Source of the DNA: a virus
Strand: one strand, 5' to 3'
Length of the DNA: 64,000 nucleotides
Virus record (IMG/VR): IMGVR_UViG_3300046005_001038
Coordinates: 15,833-79,832 of that record
Below the pieces are notes generated by a model. It made no database searches. It saw only the letters and a program-made list of their open reading frames with translations, and had not been told where the DNA came from. A program made the translations under genes and the position numbers. Shown in pieces: positions 55,425 through 64,000 of the stretch (the stretch's first letter is position 1; each line of letters starts with the position of its first letter).

Positions 55425-55583
55425 AAATAAAAAAATCCTCAAAAAGACTGTAAATAATAGAAGTGTGGAAAGATATTGTAATCTAATCTATTAAAATACA
55501 GTCCTTTTGAGGACATTCTTACTACAATATCAGGCTTCCACACCGTTAGCAAGTATTATTTCACAAATTTAACAAAAAGTCAA
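55425..55583 (-). promoter_or_regulatory. Promoter plus attenuator-like leader
   Basis: TTGACT-17-AATAAT. Pairs a 55523-55543 / a' 55463-55480 and b 55497-55513 / b' 55436-55452, followed by U7. Confidence 0.6.
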
Positions 55584-55679
55584 GTACGGCTAGGTTTCTA
55601 GCATAATTCAAATTCAAAATCTGTACAAAAATCATTTCCTGTTTCTAGGAAAATCAATTTCACACAAGAGGTATATATT

Positions 55680-55823
55680 ATGAACACAATTACACTAAGT
55701 AAAGTAAGCGACACAAAACCATCACTCAACGTGATGGTCGAAATTTACAAATTAGCCACAAAAGCATCAGAAGTTTTAGAATTCGTTGAACTCGTAGATT
55801 TATTGAATGGATTGTTTAGTTGA
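55680..55823 (+). CDS. Hypothetical protein (47 aa)
   Basis: GAGG RBS and ATG. Confidence 0.4.
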   Translation: MNTITLSKVSDTKPSLNVMVEIYKLATKASEVLEFVELVDLLNGLFS

Positions 55824-56030
55824 GTGAAGGTCGTTAGATTTTCTGAAAAATGTGAATCGAAAATCTGTACCAATTTGAAAGTCGATTTCTGGGAAATTTC
55901 TAAATAAGAATGATTCTTATTTGCATTTGGAGAGAGAAAGAGGAAACTTGTAAGTAGTTGTTTTTAATATAATATGTATTTAATTATATAATAATAATTT
56001 ATATATTGATTTTTATTATATTTTAAAAAG

Positions 56031-56273
56031 TGTATACAGTGTATTCAAAAGTGTATTCAAATAATACACCTATCAAAAACCTCTACAAGCCACGAATATC
56101 AAGGCTTACAGCCATTTTACTACCTATATTTTTCTGAATACACTGAATACACTGTATACACTAATTTTTGAATACAAAATCTCTCTATCCCAGTAAAATC
56201 AATGTATTCAGACTGTATACACTCTGTATTCACTGTATTCAAAACTGTATTCACTGTATACACCCTGTATTCA
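56031..56273. repeat. Iteron-like array, 14 copies of TGTATTCA/TGTATACA/TGAATACA; candidate replication origin
   Basis: Copies at 56031, 56040, 56052, 56135, 56144, 56153, 56169, 56203, 56214, 56225, 56234, 56246, 56255, 56266. Next to an almost pure AT tract (about 55960-56030). Confidence 0.75.
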
Positions 56274-56319
56274 AAAATTGCTTATATGAAAATGACAATT
56301 TAGATACTTAATTCATCTA

Positions 56320-56470
56320 TTGACAAATCGTCAAATCTGTGAAATAATAGTTGACATAAGTGAGTTCTTTAATTAAACTGTACCAGAGTTATCTAATTAA
56401 AGAGTTTATAACTCATAAAGCCTTGATTCAATGTACTGGTACTACATTATTTCAGGGCTTATTTCATTTT
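56320..56470 (+). promoter_or_regulatory. Promoter plus two-hairpin leader with complementary loops
   Basis: TTGACA-17-AATAAT. Loop GTACCAG (56380-86) is complementary to loop CTGGTAC (56436-42). Confidence 0.6.
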
Positions 56471-56483
56471 AGAAGGTAATAAA

Positions 56484-57470
56484 ATGGCAACATCCCACCA
56501 ATACAGACTTCACCACAGTCACGATACCGTGAAGTTATTTAAATCAATTGTGTTATCCGAAGGTAAAAACTTCGATGATGAGTTGATTAAAGCAATCAAT
56601 ATGTATTTATCCAATAGTCTTATTCGCACATCAACATCGATACCAGCATTATCTCAAAAATCTACGCTAGTATCTGAGAGCAATGTTTACGAACAGCACC
56701 CTATTTACACACCTAACTTTAACCCTGTATTTCACAATACTAATAACCCGAATACACCTGTTAATATAAATTCTTCTGATGAATTTGTGTCGTTAAAAAA
56801 CACAGTGAACATTTTAATAACAAGGCTAAATGATATGGATGCGAAATTATCCCAAACATCAAAAATCATTCAAAAAACAAAATCATCTAAAATCGAAAAT
56901 AATTCTTCAATAAGTCACGACGAAAATGAAGTGTGTTTTCAAACAACCTCACTATCCACCTTATTCAAAGATAAATTTAATCTCTCTGTTGTGGACTATT
57001 TAACCGTTATCGAGAACCCTAACTACGAACATCTCCCTTACGACCTTCGTAATCAAATTATAAACTGTGTGCGAGATAATCCTCATTTCGTATTTGAAAT
57101 GACACAATTTATTTCAACTTACGATGTGGTATTCAAGGAACTTACTGTGTCATATTTTAAAAACAATTCTTTCGTGAATGCACTATCGATTATGAACCCT
57201 TCATTGTGCGACTATTTAAGACTTCGATACCAACGACTATCAGATATGCAAACCTACACTATGCTAACTAAAACGAAGCTCTACGACCTACCGCTATGTG
57301 ACATACAACAACTATTCGATAATCTTACACCTCACGCATTCACAATAGATAAAATTGCACAGGAGGAGCAATACCCTATGTTATCTAATCAACAACGATT
57401 CAAAAACGCATTTAGTCAAATTTTTGATTCCTGTTGGCAAGATAAACTGGTATCATTTGAAACGATTTAA
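56484..57470 (+). CDS. Hypothetical protein, candidate origin-binding/regulatory protein
   Basis: 328-aa ORF between the iterons and the primase. RHH-like N-terminus. Confidence 0.55.
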   Translation: MATSHQYRLHHSHDTVKLFKSIVLSEGKNFDDELIKAINMYLSNSLIRTSTSIPALSQKSTLVSESNVYEQHPIYTPNFNPVFHNTNNPNTPVNINSSDEFVSLKNTVNILITRLNDMDAKLSQTSKIIQKTKSSKIENNSSISHDENEVCFQTTSLSTLFKDKFNLSVVDYLTVIENPNYEHLPYDLRNQIINCVRDNPHFVFEMTQFISTYDVVFKELTVSYFKNNSFVNALSIMNPSLCDYLRLRYQRLSDMQTYTMLTKTKLYDLPLCDIQQLFDNLTPHAFTIDKIAQEEQYPMLSNQQRFKNAFSQIFDSCWQDKLVSFETI

Positions 57471-57570
57471 GATTCAGTATAAATCACTTATCTTAAATTG
57501 AAATTCAATTTCTAATTTCCATTTTCAAAACATTTTTTAAATTTAACATTTCCAAAAAGGAACAAATACA

Positions 57571-60336
57571 ATGATTGATTTCGACTACACAACTTTCTTA
57601 GACGACGTAGTTGTCGATAGCAAAACAGGTGAAGTATCTCAGAAAACGAAACCTACCGCTTTCAAGCAAAACCCACCTATCATCCCAAATAATAAATGGC
57701 ACATGATTCCAGAGTCCATTATGAATGAAAAAATCTGGCTTCTAGGATGTGCGATAGATAATCCGTATGAAGCAGGTAAACGTCCGCATCTACTTTCCTA
57801 TAGTGGTGTACCTAAACCTGCTTCAATCAATGTTACTTCTCAGTTCATGACTTACGATGAAGCGGTATCGTATGCCGATGAAAACTCACTTAACTTAGGT
57901 TTCGTACACACAGCCACGTTAAACATTTGTACCTTAGATGCTGATATTAAAGACGATACGCCTGAAAATGTGAAGCAAACAATTTACAAATTATTCAAAG
58001 ATATGGATTCTTATACCGAGCTATCTAACTCAGGTAAAGGGCTACATTGTATTATTCGCACAGAACAACTTGTTGGAATTCATCCTAACTATCCGTCAGT
58101 ATCGCCTATTCCGTTAGAAATCTATTCTTACAATCGCTTTATGTTGACCACAGGTCGAGAAGTTAGATTTGAAGAAGTTGTGACCGTTAATGAAGCAACA
58201 GGGTTAGAAGAAACTAAACTTAACGTAGTTGAATTATCAGAACACGAATACGATGATGTGTACCGTAAAATACCGTCTTATCGTGAAGCACAGCTAACAT
58301 CTATTATCGAACAAATTGGCGGTAATACGACACAATTCTTAGAACTTATTGAAGTTCCTAGCGAAGATAGCGATGAAGTCGTGCTAAATAAAATATATAA
58401 TGACCACAACAGTTCTAAATTCATCGAACTCTGTGAATTACCACCGACCTTCGATTTTACGAATTTAGGTTATCCATCCTGTAGCGAAGTTGATTTATTC
58501 ATTATCGGACAAATCGCTAAACAAACACCGTCTAATGCACAAGTACATCGAATTTTTAAACAATTACCGATAGCACAGCGGGATAAGCATCAGAAAGGTG
58601 AATATCACATCAATAAAGCGTTAATCAAGATTCGCACCGAAATAGCTAACAGTAAAGCGGAAGCAGAAGAAACAGATAAAGCAATGGCGGTATTCTTGAA
58701 CAACATTAACGATAGAATTGTGTATGAAAAGCAAGCCTTAAAAAATCAATTTGAATCCGTCGATAAGCTAGAGCTTGAAACCTATAATCCGACAAACGAA
58801 TTTGAAAACATGATTCCATTCCCACACGGTATACCTGGTGAAATGTGTCAATTCTTAATGGATATTGCGCCACACAAATTACCCGAAGCGTGTCTTGCTG
58901 GAACATTAGCATGGTTATCGGCTGTTTTAGGAAGACAATACCAACACAATGGTGCAGGTCTTAATAATTATTACGTTGTCGTTGCACCTTCAGCAACAGG
59001 TAAGGAAACGGCTCGCCGAGGTGTTGGACGATTCGCATCCGCGACATCTTCTGTAGGTGGTGATAAATTTATTTGTTTCGATACAATGGCATCTAAGCAA
59101 GGCTACTTATCATTTTTTTCTGAAAGCGAAACCTTATCCAACTTAGTTTTTGTACCAGAATTCTCTAAAATCGTGAGTGCAATGCAACAAAAACAAAACA
59201 ATACGATGCAACAAATTTATTCTTTTTGGTTGGAAGTGTTCCCACGCTCTGCAAGAGGAGATGTTAATGGTGGAAACCTACGCGCTAATAGTGAAGATTC
59301 AACTAAAGGTGTGAGTTCACCAGCTTTAACTTTAATGTGTGATACTACGCCCGACGATTACTATGAACAGATTACTGAACAAATGCAACGTGATGGTTTT
59401 ATGTCTAGATTTGTCAATATCGAGTGTTACAATCCAATTAAAAAACTATCTGATACAGAATGTCACAAAGTAACCATGACACCAGAATTAGCATCAGAAC
59501 TCCGTGATTTGTGTGCGTATGTATTGAAACTAAAAGCAGAGGATAAAACGGTCGATGTTCAAATTGAATCGACTATTCGTAAACACATTCGTTCTTTTGA
59601 GATGTACACATTAGAAATGGTTAATAAGACACGCGATGAACGCTACAGACAACCTTACAATCGTTGTTTCTTAAAGATTATGACGATAGCGAGCCTTCTC
59701 GCTATCATGCGTAACAAATTTAATCCTATCATCAATATGGACGATTTTGAATGGTCTAAATCACTTATCATGCGTGATGTGTATAACATTGTGCGTAAAT
59801 TAGACAATGGCACATTCGGTTCATCAGACGATAACAATGAGAAAATCGTTAAGTCTGAAATCAAACGATTATTATTTAAAGCGACTCGAAGTGAAAGTGA
59901 AAAAGATAAGTACGGTGAGTTACTCGATAAAGGTGTTGTACCACGCTCTGCTTTAACTGTGCGAATCAATCAGTATCCTAACTTCGGTAGACAAAATCAA
60001 GCTAAGACTGAAACATTCGATAAAATTATGTATAATTTTGAAAAGAATGGTTGGATTCGTAAAATTGATAAACACAATCGAATTACGGAATTCAAAAACC
60101 TAGGCTGGGACAATGTGCCGTTCTTTGGTGATTGCTACGCTCTACAAAACGGCTCTGCGTTCAGCGAAAAGGCTTCAATGGTGTTAGAGAATACGTTACA
60201 AAATGCGCCAGACGATAATGTCGAAATAACTCCTGCTGAAGCAATTGCCTTTGATAATTTTGAAGTACCTACAAGTGAAAAACCAGCACGACTCAAACCT
60301 GGTCGTAAGCCAAAAACTACTACAACTGGAGAATAA
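57571..60336 (+). CDS. Primase-polymerase (AEP) fused to DUF3987-type helicase-like domain
   Basis: AEP motifs LDAD, YTELSNSGKGLH, EIY…RF..TG. P-loop APSATGKE and DGFMSRF. Confidence 0.85.
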   Translation: MIDFDYTTFLDDVVVDSKTGEVSQKTKPTAFKQNPPIIPNNKWHMIPESIMNEKIWLLGCAIDNPYEAGKRPHLLSYSGVPKPASINVTSQFMTYDEAVSYADENSLNLGFVHTATLNICTLDADIKDDTPENVKQTIYKLFKDMDSYTELSNSGKGLHCIIRTEQLVGIHPNYPSVSPIPLEIYSYNRFMLTTGREVRFEEVVTVNEATGLEETKLNVVELSEHEYDDVYRKIPSYREAQLTSIIEQIGGNTTQFLELIEVPSEDSDEVVLNKIYNDHNSSKFIELCELPPTFDFTNLGYPSCSEVDLFIIGQIAKQTPSNAQVHRIFKQLPIAQRDKHQKGEYHINKALIKIRTEIANSKAEAEETDKAMAVFLNNINDRIVYEKQALKNQFESVDKLELETYNPTNEFENMIPFPHGIPGEMCQFLMDIAPHKLPEACLAGTLAWLSAVLGRQYQHNGAGLNNYYVVVAPSATGKETARRGVGRFASATSSVGGDKFICFDTMASKQGYLSFFSESETLSNLVFVPEFSKIVSAMQQKQNNTMQQIYSFWLEVFPRSARGDVNGGNLRANSEDSTKGVSSPALTLMCDTTPDDYYEQITEQMQRDGFMSRFVNIECYNPIKKLSDTECHKVTMTPELASELRDLCAYVLKLKAEDKTVDVQIESTIRKHIRSFEMYTLEMVNKTRDERYRQPYNRCFLKIMTIASLLAIMRNKFNPIINMDDFEWSKSLIMRDVYNIVRKLDNGTFGSSDDNNEKIVKSEIKRLLFKATRSESEKDKYGELLDKGVVPRSALTVRINQYPNFGRQNQAKTETFDKIMYNFEKNGWIRKIDKHNRITEFKNLGWDNVPFFGDCYALQNGSAFSEKASMVLENTLQNAPDDNVEITPAEAIAFDNFEVPTSEKPARLKPGRKPKTTTTGE

Positions 60337-60337
60337 A

Positions 60338-60649
60338 ATGGAATACATTGCAATTGATTTTGAAAGCAGAAAACGTACACCTAAATACAAACTTAGAGTA
60401 TTAATGTCGAAAACAGACGTTTACGTCTACCCTGAAGTATTGGGATTAACTGAAGTGTTAGCGGTACTGTATTATTGCAACGATACACTATCTCACAAGA
60501 AGCACATTTATGTTGCATTAGACGCTATTATGAATTCTGAGAAACCTTTAGAATCTAAACTCTACTTTGAAGCAAGGAAGCTCTATTTAGCGATTACGTC
60601 AAGTGAACCTTACGATAACGCAATGAATCAGTTGTACAACATTATTTAA
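60338..60649 (+). CDS. Hypothetical protein
   Basis: GGAG RBS, ATG 1 nt after the primase stop. Confidence 0.55.
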   Translation: MEYIAIDFESRKRTPKYKLRVLMSKTDVYVYPEVLGLTEVLAVLYYCNDTLSHKKHIYVALDAIMNSEKPLESKLYFEARKLYLAITSSEPYDNAMNQLYNII

Positions 60650-60735
60650 ATTAAAGGTAGTTTCTCACTTCTACTCAAAAAGTGATTTCCAAAACATTTT
60701 TCAAAATCCAACTTTCCAATTTAGGAGTATTTCAA

Positions 60736-61086
60736 ATGAACACAGAATTAAACGAAATGATAATACGTCAAGTTATAAAAGTTCGTAAAGCAAAGCAGAA
60801 TTACGATTTAGCGGTATCAGAAGGTAAATTAAAATATACACTTTATGAAGATTTGCCTTCCTTTTACGGTTTAACTATCCAAGAAGCGATAGATACATTA
60901 AAACGATTCAAGCGAGACCTACCTGATGGCGTAACCGTTAGTACAATAGAATCAAACTGGGATGAAGGAGATTACGTTAAATACAGCACCTGTGAATCCG
61001 ATGCAGAGTATGAATCACGCCTGATACAGCTACAACAAATACTTGAATGTGAACAAAAGGAATTGTATGAATTAGAATTAAAATAA
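60736..61086 (+). CDS. Hypothetical protein
   Basis: AGGAG RBS. Confidence 0.6.
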   Translation: MNTELNEMIIRQVIKVRKAKQNYDLAVSEGKLKYTLYEDLPSFYGLTIQEAIDTLKRFKRDLPDGVTVSTIESNWDEGDYVKYSTCESDAEYESRLIQLQQILECEQKELYELELK

Positions 61087-61214
61087 ATTTATTTGCATTT
61101 AGGTATTGACACCAACGTAAATTACTCTAAAATACGCAGCAACAAAGGTTCTCCACTTCTACCTTCACAAAAAGAAGTGGTTTTATTAAATCAATTTTAA
61201 CAGAGAGAATTATC

Positions 61215-61454
61215 ATGTACAACGCAATCACAGTAGTTCCAGCTTACGGTAGAGATTTCAAATCTAAAAAAGAAGTAACTTTAGCTTGGAACGAACAAAA
61301 AGATTTCCTAATTCAAGACTTTCGCTTAGGTGGTTTTGTGAACAACGAACAAACACAATCGTTGATTGAAAACGGTATTACTCACCTACACTTCAGATAC
61401 AAAATGCAACGTAATGTCGCTGTTTTAGATTTAGTTAAAAATAAATGGTCTTAA
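61215..61454 (+). CDS. Conserved phage early protein
   Basis: PAYGRDFKSKKEV…W…KDF motif. TTGACA promoter at 61106. Confidence 0.7.
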   Translation: MYNAITVVPAYGRDFKSKKEVTLAWNEQKDFLIQDFRLGGFVNNEQTQSLIENGITHLHFRYKMQRNVAVLDLVKNKWS

Positions 61455-61552
61455 TCAGTTGACACCGACTTAGATAAACATTAAAGTAGAATGACACATC
61501 GGTTTCAGAAAGTCCGAATAAAACTTTCCTCAATTTTAAAGTGAGAAATACC

Positions 61553-61840
61553 ATGAAAACAATTCAATTCCGCGATAACGACGACGTTATCGTATCACAA
61601 GAAAGACCTTCAAACATCTTAGATTCAAAAGCTAAGTTTGACGCACTTCGTATCGAAGATAAAGAATCTGTGTTACTATTTCTTAAAGACAGATACACAG
61701 AAGATAACATCCGTATTCGTATGACAGATGGATGTTTCTTATTCGACGATTTACAGGATTGCGAGTTGAAAGAACGGTCTTTCGATAGACATGAATTTGT
61801 GGATAAAGACATTTTGTTGTATATTTTAGGGGAACTATAA
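61553..61840 (+). CDS. Hypothetical protein
   Basis: Behind a TTGACA-17-TAAAGT promoter (61459-61487). Confidence 0.6.
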   Translation: MKTIQFRDNDDVIVSQERPSNILDSKAKFDALRIEDKESVLLFLKDRYTEDNIRIRMTDGCFLFDDLQDCELKERSFDRHEFVDKDILLYILGEL

Positions 61841-62199
61841 TGAAATCAATTAAAAAACTATCTGATGTAGAATTATTCCGTGATTACTGTGATGAATCGC
61901 TAAAATTAGCTAAAATGATAATATCTCATCATGGTACAGATTTAACACAATTAAAGGCTGTCGCTAGACTCGTAAAACAACTCGATGATGAAGCGAAACG
62001 CAGACAAGCCAGAGCTGAGTTTAAAAGATGTACAGAATTGAATGAAGGGGATATTGTAGCGGATATAAACAATCCTTCCATCGAACTTGAAATAATTACA
62101 GTAGCTCCATGGGGTATTGAAGGTCAGTACAAAACAACTGCTGCTGATGGATTTAACAGAAACATTAACGATTTAATTTTAATAAGACGCAAAGGATAA
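61840..62199 (+). CDS. Hypothetical protein
   Basis: TAATG-coupled ORF. Confidence 0.6.
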   Translation: MKSIKKLSDVELFRDYCDESLKLAKMIISHHGTDLTQLKAVARLVKQLDDEAKRRQARAEFKRCTELNEGDIVADINNPSIELEIITVAPWGIEGQYKTTAADGFNRNINDLILIRRKG

Positions 62200-62204
62200 A
62201 TGAA

Positions 62205-62696
62205 ATGAAAACTATTTACGCAAGACAAGGTCTAAACGACATTATCGAATCAGCTTTAAACGAAAGCTACGTTAGATTTGTACATTATCTAGCTACTGAC
62301 ACATTACAAGAATACTATCAAACTGATTCCGATTTACAGGTCGTCATTGTGACAGATATTTCACTAGATAATCAGGCATGGCACACAGTAGAAAGTGAAA
62401 TAAGAAATTACTTTAAGTTACATTTTGAACGATTTGATTTCGTTAAACGCGTAGCGGTTATCTTCGATAATGAATCTGACATCGTGGGTCACATTAAACT
62501 CGGTATTGATATGGAAGAATACGGTGGTGGTGATTGGGATGAACCAATTACTTACTCGCCTGACATCACTGTGATTGATTCAAGTAATGTTACAGATGAG
62601 ATTATTCAAGATGTAATCGAATTTGTGATTGATAGTTGCGAAGTCGAAGACTTCGGTAACGATTTAGACTATGAAACCGTAATTGGAGAACGCTAA
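62205..62696 (+). CDS. Hypothetical acidic protein
   Basis: AAGGA RBS, in operon. Confidence 0.6.
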   Translation: MKTIYARQGLNDIIESALNESYVRFVHYLATDTLQEYYQTDSDLQVVIVTDISLDNQAWHTVESEIRNYFKLHFERFDFVKRVAVIFDNESDIVGHIKLGIDMEEYGGGDWDEPITYSPDITVIDSSNVTDEIIQDVIEFVIDSCEVEDFGNDLDYETVIGER

Positions 62697-63058
62697 TGTC
62701 AGAAGTGAAAGAAGTAGTAGTGTATGCAATAAAAGCAGTAAAGTCAGATTTGACAATTGCTTTGAATACATTAGAGAGATACGAGGATGGTTATCGAGAA
62801 AGCAGTAAGTCTTATCTGAATTTATTTCTTTTAGATGACGATTTACCTTTAGCTGATTTGCTAGAAAGATTGAATAAAATCAATTGTGAATATCCTACAG
62901 CAACACTTAAACAATACGGCGATACTGTTTGTGTTGAATGGACTGAGTATTCTAGTGATGAGGATATGAAACGATTGAAGATTGCTTTGAACAATAAAAT
63001 AGCTAAGTTGCAGTTAAAACTTATCGAATTAGAATCGTATTTAGATGGAGAAATGTAA
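62696..63058 (+). CDS. Hypothetical protein
   Basis: TAATG-coupled, GGAG RBS. Confidence 0.6.
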   Translation: MSEVKEVVVYAIKAVKSDLTIALNTLERYEDGYRESSKSYLNLFLLDDDLPLADLLERLNKINCEYPTATLKQYGDTVCVEWTEYSSDEDMKRLKIALNNKIAKLQLKLIELESYLDGEM

Positions 63059-63245
63059 TGAACGACGAAGAAGCCTTATTTGAAGATTCAATCCTCAATA
63101 CTGATGATGAGTTCTTAGAGCCGCAAGAAATCGCGTACAAACGTCAGTTAGAAGAAAAATACGGTATTGATTATGATTGACATCATCACAAAGTAGATTT
63201 ATACTAATTACGCTTTAAATTTAATTACAAAAGGAGTTTCCGCAA

Positions 63246-63560
63246 ATGAAAACATCACAACAAATCCTATCAATGTGTCTTTCAAACTTGTTTGAAGTCG
63301 ACACACAGTTCTCACGTTTACAAGAAGTAGTTCAGCTATCAGGTTCTTCTTACTGGTATCAGTTATACCGTATCGCAACCTGCTCATTAACAGAACAATC
63401 TTCTGAGTTAGAGGTCTTATCCGTTAGAACGATTCAAACACTCGTTAGTTTAGAAACTTTATCGGATTCAGAAGGGTTATCGGAAACTGAGTATGAAGAA
63501 GTTAAAACTTCTCTAACTAACCTTCTAAATTTGCGTGTAAACGCACTCTCACACGCTTAA
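63246..63560 (+). CDS. Hypothetical protein
   Basis: TTGACA-17-TATACT promoter (63177-63205) and AAGGAG RBS. Confidence 0.6.
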   Translation: MKTSQQILSMCLSNLFEVDTQFSRLQEVVQLSGSSYWYQLYRIATCSLTEQSSELEVLSVRTIQTLVSLETLSDSEGLSETEYEEVKTSLTNLLNLRVNALSHA

Positions 63561-63629
63561 ATAAAATTAGACGATAGTTTGGTTAGGTTACTCGACTATC
63601 GTTCAAAATAGACCTACTGGAGAACAAAA

Positions 63630-63947
63630 ATGATGCAATTGAGAAAGAAAAAAGAACCTGTTTATAACGCAGTAAAATTTACAGGAACTAATGTGGATGA
63701 AGTATTGAAATTAGTCGGTGATGAATTCTCTGTGTGTTATCTACCTGAGTATCAGATTAGATTGACTAAGCGAAGCGGTAACTTCTCAACTATTCTACGA
63801 GAAGGCTATTATCTTGTGGTAGAAGGTAAATCTGTTAAACCATTCTCCATTGAGAAATTACTTGATAAGTTTGAAGCAATATGGGAGTGTGACCAAGAAT
63901 TACTCTCCGAACACATGGATGTTAAAAATAAATACCGAGAGATTTGA
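63630..63947 (+). CDS. Conserved phage protein
   Basis: RKK…AV.FTG.N..EV, G.Y.V, F...FE motif. GGAG RBS. Confidence 0.65.
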   Translation: MMQLRKKKEPVYNAVKFTGTNVDEVLKLVGDEFSVCYLPEYQIRLTKRSGNFSTILREGYYLVVEGKSVKPFSIEKLLDKFEAIWECDQELLSEHMDVKNKYREI

Positions 63948-64000
63948 TTATTAAGTTTACTTTATGGTAATTATGTGATACGATAGTTAAATGCAGATAG

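Larger units (their letters stand above)
1..64000. mobile_element. Tailed dsDNA bacteriophage genome segment (siphovirus-type, probably virulent)
   Basis: Terminase, portal, scaffold, capsid, neck, tail tube, tape measure and fibre genes in canonical order. Phage-type replication genes. No tail sheath, integrase or host housekeeping context seen. Confidence 0.97.

Noticed and set aside
56031-56273. CRISPR array
   Set aside because: Repeats are 8 bp, irregularly spaced and in both orientations. There are no unique 30-40 bp spacers and no cas genes.
1-64000. tRNA genes, alternative genetic code, lysogeny module
   Set aside because: No cloverleaf or T-loop motifs noticed, core genes are intact under the standard code, and no integrase or CI-like repressor is recognisable in this window.

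Overview
About 64 kb of an AT-rich tailed dsDNA phage genome with siphovirus-type tail genes and a probably Gram-negative host. It has no recognisable integrase, tRNA or CRISPR array. Layout: (1) 1-13.2 kb, + strand: class Ia ribonucleotide reductase (nrdA end, nrdB), NUDIX hydrolase, family-B DNA polymerase, Rha/P63C protein, two paralogous GH24 lysozymes, and an unusual four-gene operon (lysozyme, membrane coiled-coil protein, small periplasmic-binding-protein-like protein, outer-membrane beta-barrel). (2) 13.2-51.7 kb, - strand: morphogenesis arm with terS/terL, portal, scaffold, major capsid protein, beta-helix spike, lipase, neck proteins, tail tube, tail chaperones, a 3086-aa tape measure protein with an SLT domain, and tail tip and fibre genes. 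(3) 51.7-56.5 kb: early genes, non-coding DNA and an iteron-like origin. (4) 56.5-64 kb, + strand: primase-polymerase/helicase-like protein and small early genes. Six free-standing homing endonucleases are present. The most unusual points are the lysozyme-PBP-porin operon, a tail chaperone G/G-T pair made by gene duplication instead of frameshifting, a promoter-to-terminator small RNA with anti-Shine-Dalgarno motifs lying antisense to a 29-aa ORF, tandem AUGG-loop hairpins before the scaffold and capsid genes, several interlocked leader RNAs, and promoters embedded in terminator hairpins. All family assignments come from motif recognition by eye, not from database searches.
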